DNA of 64,000 nt from Chrysomallon squamiferum (GCA_012295275.1 CM022676.1:12834001-12898000); one strand, 5' to 3'; positions 36,300 through 50,900 are shown, counted from the stretch's first letter. The notes: generated by a model not told the origin, from the letters alone. Made by a program: numbers and translations.

Positions 36300-38800
36300 T
36301 AAGAAAATCATGAAGAACAAAAACAGTCAATTATGCCGAATAGAGTATTTAAATGGAATGTTTAGACCTATCTTCTTTTTCATTTTGCCTAGTATTTTTA
36401 CAAATAACCCCTGTACTGATTGTTTAATAGCCATTTGAAGCGAAGCGGGTAGTGTCTCTCAGTAAAAAATATCCCTTTATGAACGACAACTCTACATGGT
36501 AGTCTGCCAGAAATAAACATAAAAATAATAGAAGAATTTTTTTTTTTTTTTTTAATTTAACAGTTCAAGAACGACACTCTTACTCAGGAATGATCTCATG
36601 TTCATCTATCAAATTCAAAATGACCTAAAACATAATATTTCACTCAGTAGATTTAATTCTATTAAGGTCTTCATAAATAAGGACACTTTATTGAATAGAT
36701 AATGAAAATTTGATAAAGATATATCTTGAAATATGTTTTTTATGACTTAAGTTGACTTTAAATAAAAGCTATTTAAATAAAACTTTTAGTATACATAGTA
36801 CTATAAAAGGATCGTCCAGTGACATTTCGGACGTTTAAAACCTTTAGCGAATAAGAATTGGATGAACTTTTGTCAGGACAACAGCAGAAATAAGTGTTTT
36901 TACTTTTTTGTGCTATCCTGTTTTGTTGCTGCTGTTGTTCTTGTTGTTGGGGTTTTTTTGGAAAAAAAAATTGAGGGGGCATTGTTTTTTGGGGGGTTAA
37001 TGTATTTCTTCATATTTATATTATTTTATAAAATAAATCAAATCATAGCATTAATACAGGCAGCCATGATTTCATCATAACCGGTTCACATGGCAAGATA
37101 TTCTTGTAACCGAAACTATGTCTAGTCAGCAGCGATGATCTATTTTGGGGGGAAAAATATTATATATCACACTATATTAATTTAGAAACAAAACTGACTT
37201 GAAAGTAAAAGGCTGTATATTTTCACACAATTTGTATTTATTTTTTAATTTCCACGTACCATGTATTATTTTCGTTATACAGTAATCTTTCGTCATTAAC
37301 GTGTTACGCAAGCACATGGCTGCCTGTGTCAGTGTGACGAGAAAAAGTTTATCTATAATGTATTGGGGTTTTTTTCCTATCAAAACTAGCAGTAAAACAG
37401 GAAGAAAAAAGAAAAACAAAATATTCATTTAAAAACCTTTGATGACAAAACGAGAATAAACTGGTATGATAACATTAACAGCAATATTAATGTCAAATGA
37501 TTTAGATACATTTTAGACACATTATGTTTTCATGCACACTAAAAAATGCATAAATAATAAATATATACTGCAGGATATCTACAAACAAAATTTTAAATAA
37601 ATAATTCTCAGTACAATACAATTACGATAAATAATTATACTGTAAGAAAAAAGAGAGGGAGGCAGAAATAAATAATAAGAATTACTATCATTTTAAGTTA
37701 TTGTCAGATTACCCCATCAAAATAAGCGAGAAAAGAATCTTCCTAAATGCTTTGTTCTTACTATATGCCATCAGTCCAAAACTGTTATATGTAACAGCGA
37801 AACTCAAATGCGGTCCCTTATTAGTTTTATTGTCGACCTATTTGCGAATCCACAAATAGAGGGGAAGCGTGTAATTAGGACCCTCTGTTTAGTCTGTAGA
37901 CGAAATCAAGTTCGTAATAATAAAGGTGTCCAGAAAACAATTCTAAATTAGTACAATTTAAGATGATCTACGTTTTTCTTCTATCGGGCTATTTTTATTT
38001 TTTTATTTTTTTAATTTTTTTACGTTCGTTGAATGTTAAATTATTTTACCCGTTTTAGTGTACTCCACTCAAGCTGACTGAACTCGGGATCAAGTAATAC
38101 AACTGTGAAAGATGCCGTGTTTTTTGATAATAATAATAATAATAATTTTGAGTGGTATATAACTAACCTGAACAAATTCCAACGCATAGAAAAAACTGCA
38201 CGTACTCCCCTATCCTGTACATTGCTTCTTACTGTTCTAATAAAACCCAAACACTTACTACTTCCGCTATGGTGTACTTCAGTGTATGGAGTGCCATTTC
38301 GCCACAATATATATACATTTTTAAGTAATAATAATAATTAAATGACATTTAGTCATTCGCGGTATTTGGCAAACAAGCATAATGCCAAGCGGATACGTTC
38401 GTGAGCCAAGTTATTCTAGTGAATGACTTTGTTGATTATTCCATGATTACAATAACTGGTGTCCTAATTCGCTGTATTTTAAGAATAAAACAGAAAACAA
38501 GTCATTGATTCTTTTAATATCTGCTAGACTTACAAAACTGAATGTACATTATTAATTACTAAACAGCCTTCATCTTTAGTTCAAATTACAGCCTGGGTAT
38601 CCGGGATATGGACGTAAGCCCCCAGTATAAAAATGGATAGGCGAACAAAAGCCCCACCAGCAGAAATGCTTATTGTCCTCTGAACAACTGTAAAATTCAA
38701 ATGGACTTCTGTGCCAATGCCTAAAGTGCTCGTTATCACAGTATAGGCGATGTAGGTGTTTTAGGGTCCATGCCAGGGACTGATAACTTCAGATTGACAC
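36300..38800 (-). promoter_or_regulatory. CpG-retaining zone, likely promoter/first exons of gene A
   Basis: CpG more frequent than in the gene A body. Candidate minus-strand exons 38259-38297 (MALHTLKYTIAEV|gtaagt) and 37260-37323 (AAMCLRNTLMTKDYCITKIIHG|gtacgt) are phase-compatible with the V exon but make a poor signal peptide. Confidence 0.35.
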
Positions 38801-39185
38801 GGAATTTGTTACCGTGATAATATAATACTATAACTAGAAATATAACACATTAACCAAGAGTATTGCTAAACTTATTTCACAAACACATTTCTAATTGCAT
38901 AAAAGGAAATAAACACAACGAATTTGTCTACGTTGTTTGCTTGTTGTTGTTTTTTTTTTTTCCTTTTGTTTGTTTAATGTTTTTTTTTTGTGTGTGTGTT
39001 TTTGGGGGGAGGGGTATTGAACCTATGAAAAAACCTATGGAGAAACGACATTATTATCATAACATAAATTTTAAGTTATGTTAAATTGCGTTAAATAATA
39101 TCTTAACCAAAATAATGACACAGATAACATTACAAAATGTCTTCCATTAAGTTTGAAGACTGATGTGAACTGATAATTCCTCATG
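38735..39185 (+). repeat. Dispersed ~430-bp repeat, copy 2
   Basis: Direct copy of 35350-35785 that retains more CpGs. Confidence 0.85.
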
Positions 39186-39353
39186 CCAAACTAACTATGG
39201 CAAATTGATAAAGTTTGAATCTGTGTTTCTATTTTACAAGAAACTTAGTATAACTTGGCCGCTAATCAATTTATCTCTAAACTTTAAAGACTGTCTTTAA
39301 TGTTTCGTCATCGCGTATTTCACCGTGAAAAGATATTACGGATGGTTTAGCAT

Positions 39354-39588
39354 CCAATGACATTACATAACTACATCAACATATAACCATTATTTTTAAA
39401 ATAAATTATTATTTTTAATTAATTAAATACTACTTTATTCTCATCAGCACATTTACTTAAATGAACACTACATATACAGCAGCTATAACTATTAGGCAGC
39501 AGCTGTAAACAGATATTAAACAAAGTATCAGAACAATTGTCCACCCAGACAACTGCTCCCAATGTTTCTTCAAATATGCCAATCAGAA
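39354..39588 (+). repeat. Dispersed repeat/MITE-like, copy 1
   Basis: Near-identical to 53246-53497; contains ggacaattg-type short sub-repeats. Confidence 0.8.
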
Positions 39589-40084
39589 CTCTAGTTATTT
39601 ACTTATATTGGCATTTAAAGCAGTTAATCTAATTTATTCATACATACATACATACATACATATATACATAGATTTATTTATTTATTTTTGCTGTTTTATT
39701 AATACAGACTAATGAATCTTAAGAATATATACATAACACAACTGATAATTTAATAAGATTATTTATAGTTACTATGTAAACAATAAGGCAGCCACTGAAA
39801 CTTAATTAACTGACATCCAGCTTTCAGTATTAAAACAAAAACGAAATTATCTTCCTCACAGTTTCGATCTCGGTTGTCAAGTTGAATTAATTTGAAGTCA
39901 GTTATTCATATTGTGAATATGTGCACAACTGTCCATTATTTCGGCTTCTATGGCGTAAGAGATGTTTCCTCTTTTTAATTTGAAGTTAATATCCCTCTCC
40001 CTGTCAAGACACCTGGAATAGAACTGTATCAGCTTGTAAATTCATTGACAGTTACACCAGCGAATAGCAGTGAACACTCTCATG

Positions 40085-42660
40085 TGTCGATTTTACAGTC
40101 CCACGGGAATCGGAAGCCCAAATCGGAAGTGATTGATTTGACTTCATCTGGATATGAACTAAACAAAAATCTTAGGTAACAAAATGTTAGACCCATGTAA
40201 GGCCCAATGTCAAAGATGGCCACCGTCACTGGTGGAAAATGCAGAAAATGGCATACCTCTGGAACTACTTGACCAATTTCAATATTGTTAAACTCCACTG
40301 TTGGGTTTTCAAAGATGCCTGATAATCTGGAATAAGTTTAAAGTCAAGATAAAGGTCATGTTTTACTGCTTTCAAGTTGACTGGATATCATTTATGCAGT
40401 AAGGTCAAAACAAAGGTCAACATATGATGAACATTCAATAAAATCTTATTATAACAATTAGCTAATGTTACAGTTTTAATTAATTACAGCATAATATTAG
40501 AATTTAGTCGTACAAACACCAAGGCGCACATATATATAGATACACAAGTTCAGGTTTAATTCTGATCACAAATATGTAAACAGAAGCAATTAGCAATAGT
40601 GAACTGCACTGCATGTGGGGCAACCTATTTAATTTTGTCCTATAACACCAAAAAGGAGATAAACAGACAACACATTGAATACGATTAAATTTGGGCTAGA
40701 AAAGCCTGTTTAAAGGTTAGGTTCTTTAAGCATAAATATAAAACACATATATCATGGAACAGGCCATGTTGAATACGATTAAAAAGAAAATTAAATTTAG
40801 TGCGTAAGACATGGGACATAAGAGTTACGCTGGTTGTAGGAAACTTCTTTCCCTCCAGATTGCTGTACCTCAACAGATTTCAAAGCAAAGTAGGTATGGT
40901 AGTTGCATCAGAGCTATATACTTAGCAAATTAACTTTTCGATGGGTCACACTTCCATTGGCAGCCTACTGTCCACCAGATCATGGTTTAGAACACCCGTT
41001 CGGCAAGGAGTTGCAAAGCAGAGAGGATGGAATCATCACTGAGCAAGGGCAGGTGTTAGAGTTCTTTACGATGTCAACAAATTTCTCTCCCCAATCTGCA
41101 CCTGTTATGTCATGGAAACCAATCAGACATTCACACTTTTCTCATCCAGTGACATTCACACGCTCACGAATGTTGATCGATCGATACTGTTGCCTTTTCC
41201 AGTGATGAAACTGAGTTTGGTGAATGCACGAAGTTGTACATGAGCTACAAAGTCAATCTACGAGATCAGTATATCTGTATCTCTCAGAGCGGAGACACCG
41301 ATGGCATCGATTTCATGTAAAAGTAATCATGGTGTCTGCCTCCTCGGTGATTTTGAGTGAATATCGACTCAGCTAAGGAATGGGTTGATTGATCTGAAAT
41401 CAGGTACCTTTCACCGCCTTTTTCATCTTTCAGGTTGGTATTACCAAGAACGATGGAGATTGAGCGAAGTCACAGCGGTCAAATATGATGCGCTCCTTAT
41501 CGTGCGTTTTCACAATCCACTTTCTTTTCATCCCAGCCGAGTTTCTTATGACACGATGCTCTTCAGCAGTAAACCGCAATGAAAAGGTTACCTTCGCAGT
41601 GGACCTGGATGGAATCCCTCAGCTTCAGTGCATTCGTCAAAAAGTGAAGGGCGATTTCGACGGACAGCTGGTACAGCTCATCTGAAGAATGAGAGGCAGT
41701 TGAGAAGCGGGGAAATCTACACCATAAAGTTAATCTATGGCAGTGTGATAAGAACATGATCACAATGACCAACCACCTTTTTCATGTCAAGAGCAATCTC
41801 ATCATCCAGTGCTGCATGCCTCCTAGTTCCCTTGACGGCATGCACTAAAGATGTGCTGTAGGCACTGAACTTGTTTAACGTAGTCAGTCAAGAAATGGAC
41901 CAGTCGTCAGCATTCATGCCAGCCACCTTAGGTTCTGTCTTGTCAGCATATTGAGATGCCAATCATCATAGATGTCTGTGACATTATCACTTCTATGGAG
42001 AAAACTGGACCTCAGTTACTCACACTGCTTGTCGTTTTCCCAAGTACTGCATCAAACTTGAGGCAAGCACATATGTGAAATGATACTCATTTCCACTCTT
42101 GAATACCTTCCCTCTATATATCCCGGGAGTAAATGCCAATTTCAACAGCAACTGTATCTAGTCCACTTCCCTCGAGATACATACAAACACACATGTCTGT
42201 GTAAGACAGTAAAGAAAGATATACCTGCCTGGCTCTTGAAACACAACGATTGCTCCCAACTGACTGGTGGATTTTACTGAATGTGTATCATATGTTGACC
42301 TTTGTTTTCACCTTGCTGCATAAGTTTGAACTCCAGTTAACTTGAAACAAGACAAAAGTACTCTTACCTTAGCATGCCCTTTACCTACTATCGACCTGAA
42401 ATATATTCCAGATTATCAGGCATGTTTAAAAACCCTATAGCAGAGTTTAACATCACTGAAAATAGTCAAGTAGTTCCAGAGATATGCCATTTTCTGTCTC
42501 TTCCATGAGTGATAGCGGCCATCATGGATTTTTGACCTTACAGGTGTGTAAAAGTGGGTTACCTAACATTTTTGTTTAGTTCATATCCAAATGAAGTCAA
42601 ATCAACGCAATCTCATTTTGGACATCCAATTGCTACCGCTGTACATCTGAATCTACGCTA
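40085..42660 (-). mobile_element. Academ-like DNA transposon relic with long TIRs and FEN1/XPG-type nuclease motifs
   Basis: ~350-bp imperfect inverted repeats (about 40095-40445 vs 42270-42645). Ordered minus-strand motifs EEADT (~41331-41345), RDTDILI (~41270), GFHDITGADWGEKF (41080-41120), FPTT...LMSHVLR (~40800-40845). Family assignment is from recalled AcademX architecture, not a search. Confidence 0.6.
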
Positions 42661-42774
42661 CAGACCCAGTGCTGACTTGGAAACATAGTGTTAGTAATTA
42701 TATAATAGGGTCAGCAATGATAAAATACGTTTGAAATAATCTTCTGAAATGTTGCTACCGGGGTTTCCTCTGAA

Positions 42775-43410
42775 TCTAGGACAATTGCTTATCAGAACGT
42801 ACCTCATGGGACAGTACAAAGTAGACATTTGTTCACCATTAAAATGAGAAATAGGGCAAATGCTAATTTTTAGGTTTTTCATTAATACAATTTTATTTAT
42901 TATTTTATGAATAGAAAATAACATAATTTTTGGTTGATAAAAAAACCCATAAAACATATTATATTTCTAAAGTCACAACTTCAAAGTTATGTTAATTACA
43001 CAGTTCACTTAATTCAAGTTCTTGAGACACCTATAATTGTTTAAAGAGGCAGTTACTTCTGACTGTGATTATAAACATCAAAGGCATGTAACGTGTTTTA
43101 GATATATGTCTTAAATAGTAGTAACATTATAGTTTTACAGTAAGTCAAACTTTTATACTTTGTTGTTTTTAGTAATTAGTTACTTTTAGCATTTTACCTC
43201 TACTCTGCAAGACTTAACGTTTTGATCATCAAAGTTTAAAAAAAAAAAATTGAAAATATTACTGATTGAGAATTACTTTTATCTTATTTTATTTATTATT
43301 TATTTATAAGAGATTCCCACTTCAACCAAACCATTTATACACACATATCTTAAACTAAAATAAAATTGTATTGAAAAAACTCAGAAGAAAACATCAGCAA
43401 TTGTCCTGCT
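42775..43410 (+). mobile_element. MITE-like non-autonomous element, copy 1
   Basis: Colinear with 56805-57376; inverted ends ggacaattgct...agcaattgtcc. Confidence 0.7.
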
Positions 43411-43439
43411 CTGAGTGAGAAAATGCTTTAAATAATATG

Positions 43440-44560
43440 TTCAAATGAGAACTGCAGAATGGCTACTCTATTCGCCATACCAGAATTGTTTGTACCTCTT
43501 TGAGTGTCACAAAGATAGAATCTCCCTTTGCTATATCATGGTTCGGTGGTTGGAAGCACAACATGTAAACCTTGAAAATCGAGATGAACATTGTAAGTGC
43601 ATCATGGTGTATTTCTTTCATCATAAAGAAACCGTTTGTGCAGATACTTTATTACTTGAATAGTGTTCATTGCAGCATATTGGAATAAAATGTTGACACA
43701 TGTGCTTTCTTTAATTCAGTTACTCTCGAGGTTTGCCATTTTCTGGAGAAAATCAAATAACTGGATCAGCAAATAATGGAAACTATTTAGTATTTTAGAG
43801 CTGTTGAGTGAATTGAACCCTTTTTGGAAAAACATCTCAAACTGTATTGAAACCCATTATATTTATTGCCAAATATTTGTGAGAAATTTATAGAATTAAT
43901 GGGACACAACATGTTCTTCATGCTATTTTTCCAAGAAATAAAATAGTCAAAATATCATTCTTCTTTTTGTCATGAAGCAAAGAACCTAGCAGTCATTGTT
44001 GATGATTTTCTTAATGAGAACACAATTCCATTAACAAACTGGCCATGGTCAGGCTAATCACAATATCTCAAAAAACATTATGTCTGGACACCATACTGGA
44101 TTGCAATCATGGATTCATCAACTGAATGAGATGGTTGTCTCTGTCCCCTGTGCTGGACACAGCTTGAAATCTATATTTACAAAATAAGCTTTGCAGCAGA
44201 ATGGGACAGCAGTGTTTGGATTGGCTTTCATTCATGTGCATGGAAAACGATAACCTGAAGACTACTGACTTCAGGCCAATTATAAAGCAATTTTCTTCAA
44301 AGAAATTTGGCAAATGTTTGTGTTGAACACTTGCTTTATAATAAATAATTCATAGTAATTTTATACTGTGCCTTCTCCATCATGGTTTACCAGTTGAATA
44401 TCAATATGTTGAAATTTTGTTTTTGTTTATCGTGGTTTGGAAACACCAATAAAATAAAATTGTATCGACCATTTGCATTGTAATTCCTATAAGTGGTTGT
44501 GATTAAGGGCCCCCAGTGCACTGCTTGCCCACAGAGCATATAATGTTGCTAACACAGCCT
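43440..44560 (+). mobile_element. hAT transposase relic (ZMYM1-like/Tip100-type)
   Basis: Ordered fragments EWLLYSP, RGLPFSGE...NNGNYL, ELLSELNP, GQANHN...IMSGHHTGLQ, VPCAGHSL match hAT motifs (LxFRG, GNFL, GQxYD, MSG, PCxAHxLNL); GC-rich gggccccc terminus-like sequence near 44510-44560. Confidence 0.7.
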
Positions 44561-44959
44561 GACCTAAAAGTCTTGTTCTTTTAAAATATCATTTGAATGT
44601 GGTGATAAACATAGACTAAACAAAAGGTTGAACAGACAGCTGCTTACAGCTTTAACTGACTTTTAATTTCCTTGTATTGATTCTTGATATTCAAAATAAC
44701 CTACATAATTTATTAGCATTTGCATTATTTAACCCAAGTTTATAAATAATATTGAGTTATAAGAAGTAAGAACAGCTTGCCAGCAATGACCAAGGTCATC
44801 AAGATTAGCAGAGGTAAGTAAGTTTAAGGTTCTTGTCTGCATAGAGAGCAAATCTATTTCTTTATAAATATTCAGTGAATTTTTCTGTTACACTTACCAT
44901 CCATTTTAAAACAAGAAATTCTAAGCAGTGAACTGAATATTTCCTTTGTGATTTACTTT

Positions 44960-46260
44960 ACACTTTACTAGCTCTGTTGACACCATTCATCTGTAATTCA
45001 AAAGGTTGATGGCTATAATGGGCTTATCCAAGAATTTATTCATGGTCAGTGCCTTCAATAAGTTCTTCAGAAGCTTAGTGTTTTTTCAAAATCTTTAATA
45101 AATGTTCAGTTATGTCCAACAAAAACAAGAAACTGCCTAACCGTATTGTGATTCTTTGATGTAAGTCAATCCTGAATCTTTTATTTATTGTCATTGTGTG
45201 TGTACATTAACATCTTTGAAACAATTTGTTCCAGAAACTGTCCTTGTATTGTTTGATGCGAACACCTTTCCTGTCTTTCTTGAGCTTCACAAGATGTTTT
45301 TCTGAGATTTAGAAAAGATATATTAAGCAGCAGTACTATTAAATAGAGAAGGACAGTACGTTTTGGTGGTTTATTCGTTAATAAATAATGAGTGCATTCC
45401 TGTATTATCAGTTTGGTACATTGTTTGTCACAGTGCAACTGCAGTGCATACCCACCCAAAAACATGTTAACTTAGAAAGAAAGTCTGTGGTAATCCAGAT
45501 ATCTGACACCCGAATGTTTCAACTTCTTCTGTTGGAATTTGTTGGTGTTGTTTAAATGGTTGCTCAATTTCAAGCTTAGTTCTATATATGATCACAGTTC
45601 TATGCCAATGTTTTCAACTCCATTTGAGAAAATGTTGTGAAATTCTAAAAAATATATATATATACCTTTTTTTCCCTCCTAGAAATTCTTTATCAATGAC
45701 ATCTGCTTCATAAAAAAAAAAAAAAAAAAAATTCTAAAAAAGATCAAATCCTAATTTTAACAGAGTTGAGCTATCATCAATTTCTTCAATTCTTACAGCT
45801 TGTAACTGATATAGAAGAGCTCAAGATGATATAGTTACAGTCTTAGTTGTTTTGATAGTAACATGGACATCAACATACATTTTAGCTTCACAAATGCAAT
45901 TTACAAATTCTAACAATATAAAAGAGCCTTTGGTTAATTGAATCAAAAATAAATTAACGCTATATAAAATGTATTTGTCCAAACTTTTCCTAGAGAAAAA
46001 TTTTATTAAGAAAATTGTTTATCCTGAAGTAACAAAAGACTGAAAATATAGCCATGATAACGGAGTTGCTCCCCACTAGAACATTCAATCTTTAGAATAA
46101 AATCTAATGGATGCATGATAAATTATTTTTATAAAACCTCTTTGAAAAAAATGGATACTGCAGAACCAGCATCTAACGATGCCTTAGTTGTATATCATTG
46201 AGATACTTTGGTATTGGATGTTCCACTAAACTGTGTTCTGCATGTTAACTGGGCTTTTAT
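44960..46260 (-). mobile_element. Degraded Ty3/Gypsy pol remnant (protease to RNase H)
   Basis: Minus strand: ASLDAGSAVSI (protease), HPLDFILKIECSSGEQLRYHGYI, VRQFLVFVGH*TFIKDF (RT thumb), QPFELQM (RNase H start); heavily decayed. Confidence 0.6.
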
Positions 46261-47951
46261 ATTTACAATCTATAGGTTCCTCCTCTCAATATTTGTAATT
46301 TAACAGCTTTTATATTGATAATTTTCTAACTTTATCAATATCCATACTGTATATGACTATGTAGAAAACTGACTTGTTCATTTACAGATGCCTGCCAGTG
46401 GACTTTGCTGAGGTGGTGGCTGTTGTCTCCAATATCTGTGAGATTTTGATTGCTTGATTGGTTGGTTGGTTGATGTCTTAAGACTTGCTGCCTCTGCAGA
46501 AAGTTGTTTAATTACAAATTTTATTCCTTAAAATTTAGTGTTACAGCAGCTTAACTGATAATCTTCTTAATAAATTTAAACTTTGACATATCAGCTTCCA
46601 TTCATCTCAGTCATTCTAGAGGTTGCTGAAAGGTTTCCTCTTGATTACAAAAACTACACTGACTTGAAATTAAACCACTCTGAAGCTGATTAAAAAGCAT
46701 CTCATCTTTTCAAATCTCTTTATACCATCCCTGTTTATTGCCCCTCCCAAAAAAAAAAAAAAAAAAAAAACTTGAGCAACTAACATCTATATTTAAAGGT
46801 GTATAATTACAAATTTATCTGATTTAAGCATTTCTTTAAATCCTGGAACAAGCTGCTTTAGAATTCAGTAAACTAATTTGGAAAACTAAGTACTGGTTTT
46901 ACGCAACATACTCACATAGAAAAAATTACCTGATAAACCAGACCAGCCTATATCAGGTCTATATAAATCATCAATAAACAGCAAGTTTCATTTTGCTTCA
47001 TATTTCATGAATAAAAATTCTATTTTTGTATGCAGTTGTTTTCAAAAATGGTTTTAAGTTGCTATTATCAGCTGTTGCAGTTAACTAAAAAAGTGTTGAC
47101 ATTTATAAGGAAATCCCATTCGTTGACCATGTATGCATACCGTGCACATATCCACTTCATCAGTGTTAAGGCTTTCAATAATTACTGTGTGATTCAAAAC
47201 AGAACTGAAGTTTTTATTTGTTCTAACAGTTTTATTATTTCAAGACATTCCATCAAAAATTGAATGTATGTCAGTAACTTCATAAATAAAACAATTACAT
47301 AACTCTAAAGAAATCAACCCGACCCTGCCCTTTCCTAATGTTTTCTATTGCAATATCAGTGCCTTAAAAACATGTATCTGTTATTCAAGAAAAGTGAATG
47401 ACAAGAATATGCGATGCAAATGGTTCAATGATAAACATTTGTTTCTTTTTAAATTCACTTATTAATATGTACCAGCTTATCAAATGATCAAAATAAAGAG
47501 GTCTATAAATCAACAACCATTTTTTTCTTTCCCAGAAAACTGGACAAACTACTAGAGCATTAAAGGGCCAGTACTGAAGTTTTGTGCAAGTAGTATTTAA
47601 TAATCACACCACCTTACTATGATGTAGTATTTCGAGCCTGGTGATATTTCTGTGACTAGATCTAACTCTAGAATTAGTGACGTTTTGTAATCACTATTTA
47701 CTTGGGGATGTGTAGTGAAAATTTGAATCTGAAACAAGTTGCTTTACAATACAATAAACTAATTTGGAAAAACAAGTTCTGCTGAAAAGATGCTTGGTAA
47801 ATAAGAAATGGCTAGTGCACAACCAGAACGATTAGCTTAATCAGTAAACAAAATACAACCTCACCGTGCAAAAAAAAAGAAATGAAAATTAGAGTAACAC
47901 AAACCCTCAGACTAATTCTGTCAATGAAAATAAACAACATAATGTAGGTAA

Positions 47952-50900
47952 TGTTGTATTTAAATGGTGTTATAGTTAACATTGTTACAGTTTACGATGT
48001 TTAAGGGAACCGGAAAAATATAGAGTATTATATGAAGTCACCAAGAGCGTGCGTCAGTTTTGTTCGTAGCAATTTTTGAAACGAAATAAATTGTTTGGAA
48101 ATTGAAATGAACTTTATGTTTTAATGTTAAAACATAACAATTGGGGACGAGGATGGGATAACACTTATTGAACTGTTTCCTGAAATTAACTACTTATGAA
48201 ATATGGCTACCTACGGTAAAGTTGAAGAGTTTGATCTAGAAAATCCTGATTGGGATGAATACATCGAACATTTGGAACAGTATCTGTTGGCGAATGATGT
48301 AGAAGATGCCGAAAAGAAACGTTCCATTTTGTTGTCCGTATGTGGTGCCAAGATTTACAGGTTGATTCGAAATCTGACTTCGCCTGAGAAACCGGCAAGT
48401 AAGACTTACGAACAATTGAAAACTTTGATAGGAAATCATCTCAAACCAAAACCTTTGGTGATTGCGGAACAGTTCAAATTCTATCAACGGAAACAAGAGC
48501 CCGGAGAGACTGTAAGTGAATTTTTGGCAGAATTAAGAAAACTGACAGAACATTGTGAATTTGGTTCATTTTTGACTGAAGCATTAAGAGACATTTTGGT
48601 CTGTGGTCTGTCTGAAAAGTCTATACAGAAAAAACTTCTCTCTGAACATGACTTATCACTGAGGAAAGCATCGCAAATAGCTGTTAGTATGGAAATGGCA
48701 GCTAGGGAAACTGACATGCTGAAAATTGGAATGAAGTCAGAAACGGAAAAGTTCCACAAAGTTTCTGTCATTGAATGCTTCCGGTGCGGTAAAACTAATC
48801 ATCATCCTGATGCATGTTTTTACAAAAAGGCAAACTGTTATAAGTGTAATGAAACAGGACATTTGAGTAGAAAATGTCGAAATCAAAAGAAAAAAATAGA
48901 AAGACAGGAAAGCAAACAGCTGGAAAAAGGAAAAAAGAAATTTCCAAAGTTGAAAAAGAAAAATTCTAAACTGAATGTTGTGAATCAAGATTCTGATAGG
49001 GACCTTACGGAATCAGAAAGTGGTACCAGTGATTCTGAAATTGAAAATGCTGAATCTGAAACAGGTTTAAAAATTCATGAGGTTCAGGAAGAATCTGGAA
49101 GTAACGAAACTGAATCAGAAATTATAAAAGCTGTTCTTGAAAATAAAGAGGTTGCAATGGAAAGGAATGACAGTGATTCTGAACAGTCAGTTTTCTCAGT
49201 GAAATCTACGAAAGCGAAAGAAATTCAAATTTCATTGGAACTCAATGGTGTGCCTTTCAAAATGGAAGTAGATACGGGTGCTTCTGTATCGATAATTTCT
49301 AATAAGGCTTATCAGGAAAAATTGAAGAAAACAGTGCCATTGAAATCAACATCGATTGTGTTGAAAACTTATACTGATGAAGTGGTGCCAGTTCTTGGGC
49401 AAATTGAGGTGACTGTTAAATATGGAAAGCAGAAAAAACTTTTACCTTTAATTGTGGTGAAAGGAAATGGACCAACTTTGTTTGGACGGAATTGGTTCCA
49501 AAACATTCAGTTGGACTGGAACAGTATTAAGATTATGAAAGCCTGTGGAAACTCTGAAGATTTGTTCAGTAGATACTCAGTTTTTTCAAATGAGTTAGGA
49601 ACAGTAAAAGGCATAAGAGCTCATCTGAAAGTGAAAGAGGATGCTACTCCAAAGTTTTTCAAGGCTAGACCAGTACCTTATGCTTTGAAGGAAAAGATAG
49701 CCGATGAACTTCACAGACTTGAAGCAGAAGGAATTCTAGAAAAGGTAGATTTTTCTTAATGGGCTTCTCCTATTGTACCTGTTTTAAAACCTGACAATAC
49801 CATTCGCATTTGTGGCGATTACAAGGTTACCATAAATCCTGTGTTGGAAGTGCCTGAGTACCCTTTGCCCACTGCAGAAGACATTTTCAGCAAACTCAAT
49901 GGAGGACAAAAGTTCTCCAAACTGGATTTGCCACATGCATACCAGCAAGTGTTGCTTGATGAAAAGTCGAGGAACTATGTCACAATCAATACTCACCTTG
50001 GACTTTATCGCTATACAAGGTTGCCATTTGGAGTTGCTGCAGCGCCTGCTATTTTTCAACAAACTATGGACAAAGTGCTTCAAGGGCTAAAAGGTGTAGG
50101 TTACATTTTGGATGACATCATAGTCACTGGAAAGGATGACACCGAACACTTGAAACATTTGAAAAACACTTTGAAACGCCTAGAAAAATATGGAATTCAA
50201 CTGAAAAGGTCCAAATGTGCATTGATGAAAGATGAAGTTGAGTACTTTGCATTTATTGTGAACAAAAATGGGATTCAACCTTCTGAAAGAAAAGTTGAAG
50301 CTATTCTGAAAGTGCCTGAACCTAAGAACAAGAGTGAGTTGCAGTCTTGGTTAGATATTGTGAATTACTATCGCAAGTTTGTACCCAACATGTCAACAGT
50401 TATGGCACCGCTAACAGCGTTGTTAACCAAAGATACAGAGTGGAAATGGAGTGATGACTGTCAGCAAGCATTTTCCAAAGTGGGAAAACTGTTAGCATCA
50501 TCTAAAATTCTTGTCCACTATGACCCAATGAAACCAGTAATGTTGGCAGTAGATGCAACTGCGCATGGTATTGGAGCGATAATATCACATGGAAATGAAG
50601 GATCAGATAGGCCAATAGCATACGCTTCTAGAACTCTGACATCAGCAGAACGCAAGTATTCCCAAATTGAGAAAGAAGCACTGGCAATAATTTTTGGAAT
50701 ACACAAGTTCCATCAGTACCTGTATGTTAGAAGATTTACTTGTTCACAGATCGTAAACCACTGACAATGATTTTTGGACCTAAAAAGAATATTCCAGTTC
50801 TGACAGCCTCTCGACTACAGCGTTGGGCTATTCAGTTAGCTGGATATCAGTTTGACATTAAATACAGAAAAACTACCAAAAATGGAAATGCTGACGCACT

